Shown one piece after another: positions 26,288 through 39,750 of a stretch of DNA of 64,000 nt (the stretch's first letter is position 1; every line of letters starts with the position of its first letter). The stretch comes from Octopus vulgaris (lineage: Eukaryota), in the NCBI GenBank assembly GCA_951406725.2, contig OX597817.1:154318001-154382000 (forward strand). Direction: 5' to 3'. The position numbers and the translations under genes were made by a program. Under the pieces are notes generated by a model that saw nothing but the letters and a program-made list of their open reading frames with translations, made no database searches and had not been told where the DNA came from.

Positions 26288-26344
<57 letters not shown>

Positions 26345-26345
<1 letters not shown>

Positions 26346-26602
26346 CAAGGATCATTGATACTTCCGGAACGATATGCTCATAAGGTCAGACTCCCGGGTT
26401 CCATGGCGTATATATTCCCGATCTGGACGAGACGTCGATCCGTCGCAGGATTATTCATTTTTATCAGCTGAGTGGACTGAGACATCGTGGAATGGAATGT
26501 TTTACTCAAGAATAAATACAACGCATCTTCCGGTCCGGGAATCGAAACCACAATCTTATGATTGTAACACCCAACACCTTAACTACTAAGCAACATGCCT
26601 CC
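26345..26602 (-). mobile_element. tRNA-derived CORE-like SINE, related to 61916-62178
   Basis: ggaggcatgttgcttagtagtt head; cagtccactcagctg...cctgcgacgg. Confidence 0.7.
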
Positions 26603-26690
26603 AAATATACACACACACACGTATGTGTGTATACACATATACATGCGTTTGTATATGTACATGTATCAATATATATATATTCATATTTTA

Positions 26691-26760
<70 letters not shown>

Positions 26761-27088
26761 TAGTAAAAAGTGAAAAAACTACAGAAGGCTTGTTTTAAAA
26801 GGTTAAAAAATATATATTTGAGTCATTATGTCAGAAGAATGTTATAAACTTTTTTCATACAGTGACATAGTTTTTGAAGAAATTACCGGTTTCGTTTTAA
26901 CTTTTCAAATTTCTCAAAACATCGTGTTATGATTTCGTTATGAAGTGTAAAGAGTTCCAGGTAAGGGGAGGTAATAAGTGATTTCTTCCGGTGTAAGGAA
27001 GATAATCGCTTTATATTTCTGGCCTTTTTTACTTAATGGGGTGAGTTTCTCTGTATAAGGATGTTAGAGTGGTTAAGTTTGGGCTTAT

Positions 27089-27148
<60 letters not shown>

Positions 27149-27149
27149 T

Positions 27150-27549
27150 TTTATGATTTGTTTCAGTCGTTAGACTGCGGCCATGCTGAGATACTGCCTT
27201 GAAGGGTATTGCAGTCGAACAGATCAATTCCAGGAGTTATTTTTTTCTCAGCTTACCACTTATTGCATGGATCGCATTTGTCGAACCGCTATGTTACGGG
27301 GGCGTAAACACACCATCACCGGTTGTCAAGCGATGGTGGAGGATAAACACTCACACAGACACACACACACACACATATGTATAGAACGAGCATCTTTCCG
27401 TTTCCGCCTACCAAATCCACCCGCAAGGCATTTTGTTGGCTCGAGGCTAAAGGAGAATATACTTGCTCAAAGTTCCACGCAGTGAGACTGAACCCCAAAC
27501 TATGTGGTTGGGAAGTAAACTCCTTGCCACACAACCACGCTTGCGCCTA
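27150..27549 (-). mobile_element. SINE family B, diverged
   Basis: Colinear with family B. Confidence 0.85.
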
Positions 27550-27593
27550 CGTGCATATATGATGTGCATATATATATATATATATATAATGTG

Positions 27594-27978
27594 TGGAAAC
27601 ACTCCGTCGGTTACGACGATGAGGGTTCCGGTTGATCCGAATCAACGGAACAGCCTGCTCGTGAAATTAACGTGTAAGTGGCTGAGCACTCCACAGACAC
27701 GTGTACCCTTAACGCAGTTCTCGGGGATATTCAGCGTGACACAGAGAGTGACAAGGCCGGCCCCTTGAAATACAGGTACAACAGAAACAGGAAGTAAGAG
27801 TGAGAGAAAGTTGTGGTGAAAGAGTACAGCAGGGATCACCACCATCCCTGCCGGAGCCTCGTGGAGCTTTTAGGTGTTTTCGCTCAATAAACACTCACAG
27901 CGCCCGGTCTGGGAATCGAAACCGCGATCCTACGACCGCGAGTCCGCTGCCCTAACCACTGGGCCATTGCGCCTCCAC
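27594..27978 (-). mobile_element. SINE family A
   Basis: TSD atatataatgt. Confidence 0.95.
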
Positions 27979-28044
27979 CCATATATAATGTACATGTGTA
28001 TGCGCGTCGTGCGCGCGTGTGTGTGTATGTATCTGTGTGTGTAT

Positions 28045-28283
28045 GTGAAAGTGCGTGGTCTAGTGGTCAGACTGTTGCACTCACGATCGCTAGATCGTGG
28101 TTTCGATTCCCTGATTGGGCGGCGCGTTGTGTTCTTAAACAAAACATTTCATTTCACATTGCCCCTTCGATCGCCTAGCCAGAGGGGTGGCGTCATTTGA
28201 AAGCTAAAACAATGCAAAAGCGCTTTGTGACCAGCGATGGATAACAACATCTGATATCTTGGTCGGTTACGTTATCACGTGAT
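28045..28283 (+). mobile_element. tRNA-derived SINE whose tail is shared with 50408-50716
   Basis: B box ggtttcgattcc; tail agccag..ggggtggcgtc...gtgaccagcgatg. Confidence 0.75.
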
Positions 28284-28439
28284 ATATGTTTCTATGTGTA
28301 CATGTGCGCGTGTGTGTATAGAGAGAGAGAGTGATTTGAGAAAATTTTTTTAGAAGTTTGATTTTCTTAGTTTGCAGGTACACATATAAATATAATTATG
28401 TTTTGTGGTTAATTTTGACTTTAATTTTGTAAATCACAA

Positions 28440-29800
28440 TACTCAAAGCCAAAACAAAGTTTTCGGTCTTGTTATTGGCTGGTATGAAGGTGGATTGGGC
28501 ACAAGAGATATATGCGAAATTTTCAGTGTTAATTATGTAACTGCCAATTAACATAGTCAATAGTCGGGTCGAAGCATTTCAATGTTGAATAGACAAGCGA
28601 CCAGGGGTGGGGCGCAGAAAGTTTCTGAGAAAGCAAGGAGGGCAGTTAAAAGAAAAATCGGTGTACAAATGTTAGAGAGCTTGCACATCTTATGGATATG
28701 TTGCCATTTTATCGTATTTTCTACTGGTTTCAGTCATTTGAACTTCGGCCATATTGTGACACCACTTTCAAGAGTTCTAGTCGAACAAATAGATCTCTGT
28801 ACTTATTCCATCGGTCTCGTTTACCGCATCACTAAGTTACGGGGACGTGAATAAACCCACACTAATTTTCGGGTGTGGTAGGGAGCAATCATAACGCAAA
28901 ACGGGATTCCACAGTTTCCGTCTATCAAATCAAATCGCAAGGCTTTGGTCGTCCCAAGAATCTTGTAGAAGACATTTGCCTTAAGTACCGCGCAAGACTG
29001 CATAGTGGGGAAGCAAGTTTCTTACCCACGCAGCCATTCCTGCACCTAATAGACATTATTGAAAGATCGGGATTATGAGCGAAAAGATACAAAGAAGAAA
29101 CCGATGATTTCGAAAGCTAACATGAAAAGGTTAAACTGGGTTGAGGAGGTCTGCCACAAGGAGGAGTTTGTCAGTCAGTATGGTCTAGAGGAAACAAATT
29201 CTGCCAATTCTCTCATTCATGACCGATATATGTCCGTCAATAATTTTGAAACACAGGAACTGGGTTCTGGAGAAGTTGGAATTATCATTGGGAGCAGTTT
29301 AGATGATAGGAAGGACACAACCTTTGTTTTGTTTTCTTTTAATGATTTAAATGGTCCAAAATACTGTCAAATAGTTAAATAAATCATTTATTCCAGTGTA
29401 AGGAAATGATTGATGACAACTTTTTCAAGAAAATAGAGTCTCATCTTATACAAGCAAGGAAAAACTCGTGGAATCAAAACGCTAAAATGAGTTGTTTAAA
29501 ATGCTGGTATTAATTCAATACTACACTAGTGGAAATATCTTGGTAGTTATGACCAAGGTCATCAAAAATTATTTCATTATCTGAGGCAAAAGAAGCGTTG
29601 ACCAAAAAAATAGTTAAACATGGATTTGCCTGTTATTGATGATTTAATCAAATTCACGTGGAAATCATGTTATTAACTAAAAGGAGTGCCAAAAACTACC
29701 ACAGACAAACTCTCGTTCGTTTTCAGCAATTTTATTCCAAGTTAGTAAAAGCTAAATTAACATTATTCGCCTGTTTATAAAGTTATTGTAGACTCTGTGT
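28440..29800 (+). mobile_element. Degraded Tc1-like transposase interrupted by an old family B SINE (~28720-29050)
   Basis: HTH-like GLVIGWYEGG..TRDICEIF; RGGAQKVSEKARRAVKR; KKKPMISKANMKRLNW; LNGPKYCQIV. Confidence 0.6.
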
Positions 29801-30197
29801 CGGACGGATCATTACCTAGTACGAACAAATCTGAAGCTGGTTTTGGGGGAAATGTTCAGAATCTAATAACTCGAAGATGCCGGAATAGCTACTTGTTGTA
29901 AAACCCAAGATCTTGCAATATCTACATATTTTCATAAAGTTATAGTAAATGTGTCGCCTTATAGTTCACTGTAACACAAAATGTTTAGAGCAGTGTTGCT
30001 TCGGCTTCAGACCATTGAAACACAGAGATGATTTCGATGAAAATAACTTAAGTATATCTGAGCTTCAAGAAATCAAGTATGCATTACCCCAGAAATTGTA
30101 CAATCGCGATTTATCTGGAGAGAAACATTTGGAGAAAGCAGAATAATTCCAATGTCATATTCTTCTGGCCTTAAAGAAAGAAGACTCAAAAACAATT

Positions 30198-30613
30198 ACT
30201 CTCTTTTACTCTTTTACATGTTTCAGTCATTTGACTGCGGCCATGCTGGAGCACCGCCTTTAGTCGAGCAACTCGACCCCGGGACTTATTCTTTGTAAGC
30301 CCAGTATTTATTCTATCGGTCTCTTTTGCCGAACCGCTAAGTGACGGGGACGTAAACACCCCAGCATCGGTTGTCAAGCAATGCTAGGGGTACAAACACA
30401 GACACACAAACACATACACATACATACATACATATACATATATATACATATATACGACAGGCTTCTTTCAGTTTCCGTCTACCAAATCCACTCACAAGGC
30501 ATTGGTCGGCCCGGGGCTATGGCAGAAGACACTTGCCCAAGATGCCACGCAGTGGGACTGAACCCGGAACCATGTGGTTGGTTAGCAAGCTACTTACCAC
30601 ACAGCCACTCCTG
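30198..30613 (-). mobile_element. SINE family B
   Basis: Near-consensus copy. Confidence 0.95.
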
Positions 30614-30689
30614 ATAGCTTATTAAAACATTTATTTGTTTTTCACTAATCAACTACTGCTCTTCTCCATTATAATGATAGATCTTCTTT

Positions 30690-32000
30690 AATCAATGACA
30701 CTGAAGATATTCTGAAGAGATCGGTAAAGCATTTCACAAATCATTTTCACAGACCATCGACAATAGATGGGAAAGTCAAAATTGTGTTTACTCATGCATT
30801 TCAGCACCGAGATCTAGGCATTTTTGTTCACTATTGCAGGTAAACTGTTTAATTTGAGTCGTTTCAAAGCTAATTCAAAGGATTTTATAAGCCTTTTATA
30901 CACGTTTGTGACCTTACGGTTCTCTCAGATAAAGATATATTGAAAAACAATACAACTCCCATTTTTGTACAACTGTTTTACCTACAATACTTCATCATAA
31001 AATTAAGGTAATGTTTACATTCATTTCAAAAGAGGCGTATGTGAATCAAATATAGTTATTCAAGGCACCAGACTTATTGTAATCGATAATTTTGTGTATC
31101 ATGACAGTTCTGTCTCTAGAAATAGATCATTCGATTCCAAAATGAGCTTCGCTTTGGGCCATGTCAGACGAGACGCGTATGTCAGACGAGAACTTGAAAT
31201 TGTCCACCAAACTTGACATATTTGATACTTGCATCATCGCATCTTTGCTACATTCATCAGAGTCATAAACCCTGTATAAACGATACATCAAAATACTTGG
31301 AAGATTTCACCCGAAATGTTTAAGGTTTTTCATTACAAATCAGCTGAAATGTTTTTACAACTGACAAAGAAGTACTGGAAAAATGTGGGTTTTCTCAGTA
31401 TGGATGGAAGCACTCAGTCGGTTACGACGACGAGGGTTCCGGTTGATCCGAATCAACGGAACAGTCTGCTCGTGAAATTAACGTGTAAGTGGCTGAGCAC
31501 TCCACAGACACGTGTACCCTTAACGTAGTTCTCGGGGATATTCAGCGTGACACAGAGACAAGGCCGGCCCTTTGAAATACAGGTACAACAGAAACAGGAA
31601 GTAAGAGTGAGAGAAAGTTGTGGTGAAAGAGTACAGCAGGGATCACCACCATCCCCTGCCGGAGCCTCGTGGAGCTTTAGGTGTTTTCGCTCAATAAACA
31701 CTCACAACGCCCGGTCTGGGAATCGAAACCGCGATCCTATGACCGCGAGTCCGCTACCCTAACAACTGGGCCATTGCGTCTCCTTTCTTAGTATAAACGT
31801 TCTGCTTCTCAAGTAACATTTGCGCTCGGCTTATCAAGTAACGATGGTCATGTCATCTGCCTTGGTTATTTCAGGATTCCGAGGCGATTACCTGACGTGA
31901 CATTAGTTTTCGGTAAGCTTTCCTATCACGAGTACATGACGCTCCATGAAGGAGCATATCAAATTGTACAAAAGCAAATGGTAGTCAATAACTGGGGAAA
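30690..32000 (+). mobile_element. Degraded RTE (BovB-like) LINE
   Basis: EDILKR..HF, GKLFNLSRFKANSK, IDNFVY and KILGRFH-like segments with many disruptions. Confidence 0.65.
31402..31783 (-). mobile_element. SINE family A
   Basis: TSD tttct(c/t)agtat. Confidence 0.95.
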
Positions 32001-32309
32001 ATTGCTTGAAGTTTGAGTAAATTCGACTTGGACATTCAATACTGAAACGTAATGCCCGACAATTTCAGATACTGCAGTTATGACTGTGTGGTTAACAAGG
32101 TCACTCTGTAGTCACTCTGTAGTCACGTCGTTTCGAGCCCAGTCTTACAGTGAGACACTTTAAGTAAGTCTCTCTTGTACATGAACCAGGGGCCGACCAA
32201 TTTCTTGTGAGTGAATTTGGTTGACGCAAAGTGTGAAAGCCCGTCGTGTATATGAATATATATGGGTGCAATCAATGAATTAAAAAAGTAAAAGATAAAA
32301 GAGAACGAA

Positions 32310-32475
32310 TACACACACACACACACAAATATATATATACATACATGCATATATATGCACATATATTTATATATATATATATATACGTACATATAACTAG
32401 ACATACAGGTATATATATACATATATATACATATATATATACATATATATAAACATACATATATATATACATGCA

Positions 32476-32515
<40 letters not shown>

Positions 32516-32585
32516 CATGCATATATATATATATACATACACATACATATATATATACTCATATATATATATATATATAATATAT

Positions 32586-32662
<77 letters not shown>
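32310..32662. repeat. (TA)n/(TACA)n microsatellite
   Basis: Direct inspection. Confidence 0.95.
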
Positions 32663-32663
<1 letters not shown>

Positions 32664-34000
32664 CCGTTTGTTAAGCACACTTGAGAGAAGAGCAGCATCG
32701 TCCAGAATCTTCTACTCTGAAAAAGACATTCTAAACCCAAATAAACCAAGTGATTTTAAACACCTTTTTGGTTTGTCACTCTTAAAAACCAAATATCTTT
32801 CGACAGGGCAATATATTTTTCAGATTTAATAAAGGAATATCTAAGCTGATAAAACCGAATCTTAAAATTCTGCTCATTCAATCCAATATAAGATTTCCGT
32901 CTAGTGATGCCAAGCAGATAGGTCTTAGCACACTACAGAAATGACTTTGCTAAGTAATTTCCATCACAAAAGTGATGATTGCACTTCATGCACTTACAGC
33001 TATATGTAGGATTTGAATTGATTATGCGAGACAGTTGTTGAATTTTTGACTAAGTATCTTGCTACTCCTTTTTTAAAGAAAGTATATAAAATATATCACA
33101 CAAACACGCGGATACACAGTCAATGCTTGCGCGCTGTCACATATGTGTATATAATTACGTATGTCATAGATGTGTGTCTGAATTAAAATTTTATATATAT
33201 GCATACATACAGATATTCATGTATATCAATAATATTAATACGCCAATTTCTTTTTGTACGAAGCTGAAGCGTGTGTCACGCCTAAAAGAAAGGAATTTTG
33301 TTGCTTAAATAAACAACCTTTGTAATTTCTGGAAGAAATTTGAAACCACCATTTATGTGTTGTATTACTACTTCTCAACACCCATGTCTACTGGGCCACC
33401 GAATCACCACCGGTTTCAACGAGAAAATTAAGATACTTAAATCTGATGCGTGTGTCGAGCAAGGGAAAAAGGAAGTGAGGGAGAAAGAGAGAGTGAGAGG
33501 GAGTGGCTGACCCCTGACTATTAAAGGCCCAACCATACACACACACGCACACACATTTATTTTAGGCCTTCTACTCATTTGAATTCGGACATACACTAGA
33601 TAACATGTTAAGTCTTATGTTCCGAAATGTTAATTTTAAATTTGTTTTAATTATAAAATTACACCGCAGCTGAAAAATATCTTTCGGCTTTCGAATACAA
33701 CCTTTTCCTTCTCTGTCTATATTTTTTGTTAAGTTACAATTTCTGTATTTTGGTCAGAATTTTTCCAATTTCTTTTTTTTCTTGTATCAAGTAATGGACG
33801 AATGCAATTAAAAAAAATTAAATTCATAGAGCCGAACAAAATCAAAAATATTAATTCTATTTTTTTTTCCTTTCCTTAATACTAACAAGAGCTTAGTATG
33901 AGAGATTTAGCTGTTATTTCTAGCAAATTGAACAACCACAATTGGTTTATTTGTTGATGTATATAAGTAAACAAAAACTAAAACACACACATACACGTGT

Positions 34001-34046
<46 letters not shown>

Positions 34047-34239
34047 TAATTACGTGTCGAGTTGTGGAAATAAACGCAACTTTCTCTTTCTATATTTTTT
34101 GTTGAGTTAGAATTTCTCTGTTTTGGACAGGATTTTTCCAATTTCTTTTTTCGAAAGCATTTTAAAAAAATTAAATTCGTAGAGCCGAGAAAATCAAAAA
34201 TATCAATTCTATTTTTTCCTTTTACTTTTTACTTTATAC

Positions 34240-34315
<76 letters not shown>

Positions 34316-34389
34316 GTGTGTGTGTATATGTATGTATGTCTGTATGTATGTATGTATGTATGTATGTATGTATGCAAGTATGTATGCGT

Positions 34390-34595
34390 GTGTTTGTCCC
34401 CTCCCCACCAGCATTGCTTGACAACTGATGCTGGTGTGTTTGTGTCCCAGTAACATAGCTGTTCAGCAGAAGAGACTGATAGCATAAGCACCAGGCATAC
34501 AGGGAATAAGTTCAGCGGTCAATTTCTTCGACTAAAGGGTAGTGCTGCAGCATGGCCACGTCAATTGACTGAAGCAAGTAAAAGATTAAAAGAAT
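34390..34595 (+). mobile_element. SINE family B 3' half
   Basis: gcattgcttgacaactgatgctggtg...gactgaagcaagtaaaag. Confidence 0.8.
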
Positions 34596-34731
34596 ACGAG
34601 AAAAACGCTCTCTGAATATGTACGATATATTTTAAGGCTTAATAGTAATTCTGTTTATATTTGCGTAACTGAGATATTTTGGTTGGATTATATAGTTGTC
34701 GGTTTTACGCTTCTTTCTATATTCTGTTACT

Positions 34732-35026
34732 GTCCCCGAAAAGATAAAATGCAAAGACGACCTCGGCAGAATTTGAACTCATAACATAAAGACAGACGAA
34801 ATACCTATTTCTTTACTACCCACAAGGGGCTAAACACAGAGAGGACAAACAAGTACAGACAAACAGATTAAGTCGATTATATCGACCCCAGTGCGTAACT
34901 GGCACTTATTTAATCGACCCCGAAAAGATGAAAGACAAAGCGACCTCAGCGGAATTTGAACTCATAACGTAGCGGCAGACGAAATACCGGTAAGCATTTC
35001 GCCCAGCGTGCTAACGTTTCTGCCAG
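34732..35026 (-). mobile_element. SINE family C, two fused units
   Basis: Same junction aaagaaataggtatttcgtc as at 42132. Confidence 0.85.
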
Positions 35027-35121
35027 TGCTCTGTCTATATAGAAACATTTCTCATGGCACCAGCACACAATTTACAGATACATTTTTTATATTTTCCGTG
35101 AATTTTTCATGGGTCCAGCTA

Positions 35122-35192
<71 letters not shown>

Positions 35193-35289
35193 TATATATA
35201 CATGTGTGTGCGTCTGTGTCTGTGTGCATGTGTATGTGTATGTGCGCGTGTATAAATATGTAAATGAATATATATTTTGGGGGAGTGAA

Positions 35290-35676
35290 AATACCCTTTT
35301 GCAATTGAGCTCTTGGACTTTCTTGGATTGTAATCAATGGTCTGTTGAACTTACTGGATAAATTCAGGCCTTCTGATGATTTCAGAGCGTTTAGAATGCT
35401 TTTCATGCTTTGATACTGGTGATACGTTTCCATCTTCAGTCTCTAGCTCCTTACAAACTTTGTAGACGGAAGATCTGGCAACTTTTAAAAATCCAGATAT
35501 TTCTAAATCGCTATGCTCAGCCTTTATAACCACAATAACAGCATGTAAATGCCTCTTCATTTCTTGAGTAAGCTGAGGGTCTGCCATTATTAGTTTCTGA
35601 AACAAACATTATACAGAGTTAGCAGAAAATGCAGCAATGACCCAAAAAGGTTTCCTCAAATACCTTATGCACCCTG
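35290..35676 (-). mobile_element. maT/Tc1-mariner 5' fragment (transposase N-terminal HTH)
   Basis: TA-CAGGGTGC end; LTQEMKRH..AVIV..SDLEISGFLKVARSSVYKV...RRPEFIQ. Confidence 0.75.
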
Positions 35677-35873
35677 TATATACAGGCATACATACGTGTC
35701 TATGTACGTACGTACATATGTACCTTTTGTATTTCAGTTGGAGATAATTTATTTATCTTGCAAATTGAGCGTATCCTCTTTTGACTCGGATTTCTGTCAT
35801 TCTTTTTAGTTGACACAATTATCCACGCTACAGCGATATGTACACGTACTCTATGCCACAGTTTTATTTCAAT

Positions 35874-35928
<55 letters not shown>

Positions 35929-35974
35929 GAGAAAGAGAGAGAGAGTTAGCTGAGATGTACAGAAACTGAATATT

Positions 35975-36088
35975 GAGAAAGAAAGTCGTCAGAATTTTGG
36001 AAAAAATGTTTTATTTCATTATTATTATTAATAATACTAATGAAGAAATAAAAAGATTTTTTTCCAAAATTCTGACGACTTTCTCTCT
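35975..36088. repeat. Short imperfect fold-back between microsatellites
   Basis: gaaagtcgtcagaattttggaaaaaa / ttttttccaaaattctgacgactttc. Confidence 0.85.
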
Positions 36089-36106
36089 CTCTCTCTCTCT
36101 CTCTCA

Positions 36107-36141
<35 letters not shown>

Positions 36142-36705
36142 CTTAAAGTTTGACAGCAATGAAGTCACTCCTCTCCTCAATACAGTTGTAGCAACAGTGT
36201 TCGTTTTTCGTCATTATTGAGATAATATTGATTGGAAATTGCTTTTCAAGTGGTATATTCAATGAAATAGGATTGTTTGTTTATTTTTCACTAAATCTGT
36301 CATCACCCAGGACATAATTTCAGGAAATTAGGATCTGTATACTTTTAAGACAGATGGCCAATCAAAAATGATTAATGATTATCTATTGACCAATCAAAAT
36401 TACTTTCCAAAAAATTCAATTTTCTCGTAAATCCCTGACAGCAAAATTCCAATTTAGAATATCGATCGTGATGTGTAGAACATACATTTGACACAGCAGT
36501 CATTGCATGTAATGTCAAATGGCAATATGCTTTACAAGTAAGATTTAATGAAGGAATCCGTAGGAACATTTGATGGAGAAATCTTGGAGAAAGCAAATTT
36601 TCAGTTGCTGTTTGCGCTGAAGTCAGCTCTCATTAAGCAAAGCTATGATCAAAAGCATTCCAGTTGTAGACATCCCGTATTTCTTGTATGTCTATCCCTA
36701 TATCG

Positions 36706-37096
36706 TGTGGAGGCGCAATGGCCCAGTGGTTAGGGCAGCGGACTCGCGGTCGTAGGATCGCGGTTTCGATTCCCAGACCGGGCGTTGTGAGTGTTTATTG
36801 AGCGAAAACACCTAAAAGCTCCACGAGGCTCCGGCAGGGATGCTGGTGATCCCTGCTGTACTCTTTCACCACAACTTTCTCTCATTCTTACTTTTTCTGT
36901 TTCTGCTGTACCTGTATTTCAAAGGGCCGGCCTTGTCACTCTCTGTGTCACGCTGAATATCCCCGAGAACTGTGTTAAGGGTACACGTGTCTGTGGAGTG
37001 CTCAGCCACTTACACGTTAATTTCACGAGCAGGCTGTTCCGTTGATCGGATCAACCGGAACCCTCATCGTCGTAACCGACGGAGTGCTTCCATCCC
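36706..37096 (+). mobile_element. SINE family A
   Basis: TSD atccctatatcgtg. Confidence 0.95.
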
Positions 37097-38289
37097 ATCC
37101 CTATATCGTGCAGTATGTTATTTTCGTTTTGTGAGATTGATCGGTTTGGTGTGAATAAGATTGCCCGCTATTTTTGCAAGCAGTAAATGCGTAGAGACCC
37201 CTTTCTGTGACTTATTATTATACAAGTCTGATCTAGGCATCAACGAGCAGTAATTCAACTCATTGTAACTAATGCAGCGTTACCTCCTGAGGTCCACAAA
37301 ACTAGTGATGGAGATCGGTGAACTGTATTTCAAATTTTAAAGGGATACAGTGTGATTATTCAATCACATGCAGTTATTCAGTGATAAATATTTTTCAGAT
37401 GAAACGAACTTGTTGTTTATTAATAAAATCGTTCATTTGCATAGACAGTCCTTTCAAGAAAGAGGAATTCGTGGAAAAATTCAATTAAAGAGGTTTTCTT
37501 AAAAGAGAAAAATTTGGGAATCATTATTCTAATTAGAAAAAAACTAACAATAATCCAAACGTTATTAACATTTAACTACCGCAGTATAATTCTAACAGAA
37601 CATCTACGTTTAAGTGGAGATAAATATTACCTCTTTGTATTAATACTGCCTCAGTCGCTTATATACATACATACATACATACATACATACATACATACAT
37701 ACATACATACATACATACATGCATACATACATACATATACATACATATATCGATTTAAATGCAACGTTCTCTGGGAAGCTGAAGAATTGTAACATCTTTA
37801 CTGATAGGGTTCAAGTGACTTGAAGATTCCGCAATGAGTTTGCTGTTAAAAGGGCAATAGGATATTTTTCCCATCATCTCAATCCTCACAGCTAAGCTTT
37901 CAAATAAATAACTGTAGAGTTATCTACATTATACATGTTTCAGATTATATACATGTTTGCATAGGTATCTCCTTTTTTTTTCTGTTCATATGCCCAACTT
38001 TTATAACGTTGTCGCGTAGCGAATCTGCGAGTATTATGATGACTAGCAAACCCAAGCAATGTTTAAGAATCAAATTTTACAAGTATTTCAGCAAATCTTT
38101 TGTCGTTAAACCCTGAAAAGGTTTTGTTTGGCTTTTAATGAACATTCTTAAGCTTGAACACATGTCTTTGTCTGATATGCGTGTTACAATGTTCGTCTAG
38201 TGTCGTTTTCACATGATACGAACTCAGGATGACTAATAGCTAATAAAATACCTTAGGTATGTACAGAAGGATCGATTTTGCAATTTTGC

Positions 38290-39030
38290 CCCCCACCACA
38301 TGTTTTTGAGTATGTAGCGATTCCTGATACTTTTCTGGCGTCTAATTGAAGGATTTCAAATTATGCTCTACACTGAAGGTGCATATTTTGTGTTTTGGTC
38401 CTTGGTTTTTTAATTGGCTTTTGGTGGCTAATTTTCATTTCCAAAAAGTTTTATAAGGAGTGTTGCTTGGTGTTCAAGTGTATTATGTTAATTGAGATTG
38501 TTATTGTGACATTTGGCATGTTGTTACCAATTACTGTGATATACTGTTTGTTTCGTGATTTATGCTACATACGAAGGATTTATCTACTTTTTTTCTATTG
38601 TTTATTTGTTTATTTTATTTTCTCAGTTCTTTGTTTTAATTGTTTCATACTGAGTATATTTTTCGGTTGTTTATTATTCTTTTATCCAGTTACATTTTCC
38701 ATCGTGTAATTATGGTAGCATTTTTTACATTGCCCTATGGGAAATGTTAATTGAACACTGTGGTTATTGGATTCTTTACTAAAGTCATCTACTGCATCAT
38801 TTATTTTGCTGGGTTTGATACTGTTGACTTCTCTGAATCCTGATTATTTCTTAATGTAACAATAGCGTATTTTTAGATTTTTGAAAGTGTTTATATTTTG
38901 TGAGCAGGTTATTATGAACGTGGTTTCTCGATGTGTGGAGAAACCACAGCACACTAATGTCTTGGAAGGGTTTAGAGTAGGCTTGATATGATATATTCGT
39001 CTGTTAATGTTAGTTGTTTAGGCTATAAAT
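38290..39030 (-). mobile_element. Possible very degraded Penelope-like relic
   Basis: Scattered LKIRYC, PIGQCKK, KIC..., FEILQLD...SKTC segments in the expected order; weak. Confidence 0.3.
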
Positions 39031-39057
39031 AGCATTCATTAATACTTTCTATTATAG

Positions 39058-39236
39058 GCACAAGGCCTGGAGTTTGTGGTGAGGCGACTAGTCGATTACA
39101 TATACTCCAGAATTTCACTGGTCAATTTGTCAACTCCGAAAGGATGAAAGGTAAAGTCGACCTCGGCGGAATTTGAACTCAGGACGTAGCGACGGCGAAA
39201 TATCGGCGTGCTAACTCTTCTGCCAGCTCGCCGCCT
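39058..39236 (-). mobile_element. SINE family C
   Basis: ggcggcgagctggcagaag head plus Nin-like domain. Confidence 0.8.
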
Positions 39237-39338
39237 TATAAATATAATTTATTAATGACGCTGTTATGTTACCCCTTGTGTTATTTGTATTATTTTAATA
39301 CCGGGATGTGGTTTGTGTATAGTACAGTATTTTTTCTC

Positions 39339-39511
39339 TAGGCGCAGGACTGGCTGTGTGGTAAGTAGCTTGCTAACCAACCATATGGTTCCGGGTTCAG
39401 TCCCACTGCGTGGCATCTTGGGCAAGTGTCTTCTGCTATAGCCCCGGGCCGACCAATGCCTTGTGAGTGGATTTGGTAGACGGAAACTGAAAGAAGCCTG
39501 TCGTATATATG

Positions 39512-39542
<31 letters not shown>

Positions 39543-39750
39543 GTTTGTCCCCCTAGCATTGCTTGACAACCGATGCTGGTGTGTATACGTCCCCGTCACT
39601 TAGCGGTTCGGCAAAAGAGACCGATAGAATAAGTACTAGGCTAACAAAGAATAAGTCCCGGGGTCGATTTGCTCGATTAAAGGCGGTGCTCCAGCATGGC
39701 CGCAGTCAAAATGACTGAAACAAGTAAAAGAGAAAAGAGAGAGAGAGAGA
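39339..39750 (+). mobile_element. SINE family B
   Basis: Near-consensus copy. Confidence 0.95.

Noticed and set aside
35975-36088. CTGACGA in the short fold-back as a hammerhead core
   Set aside because: No downstream stem II or GAAA on either strand
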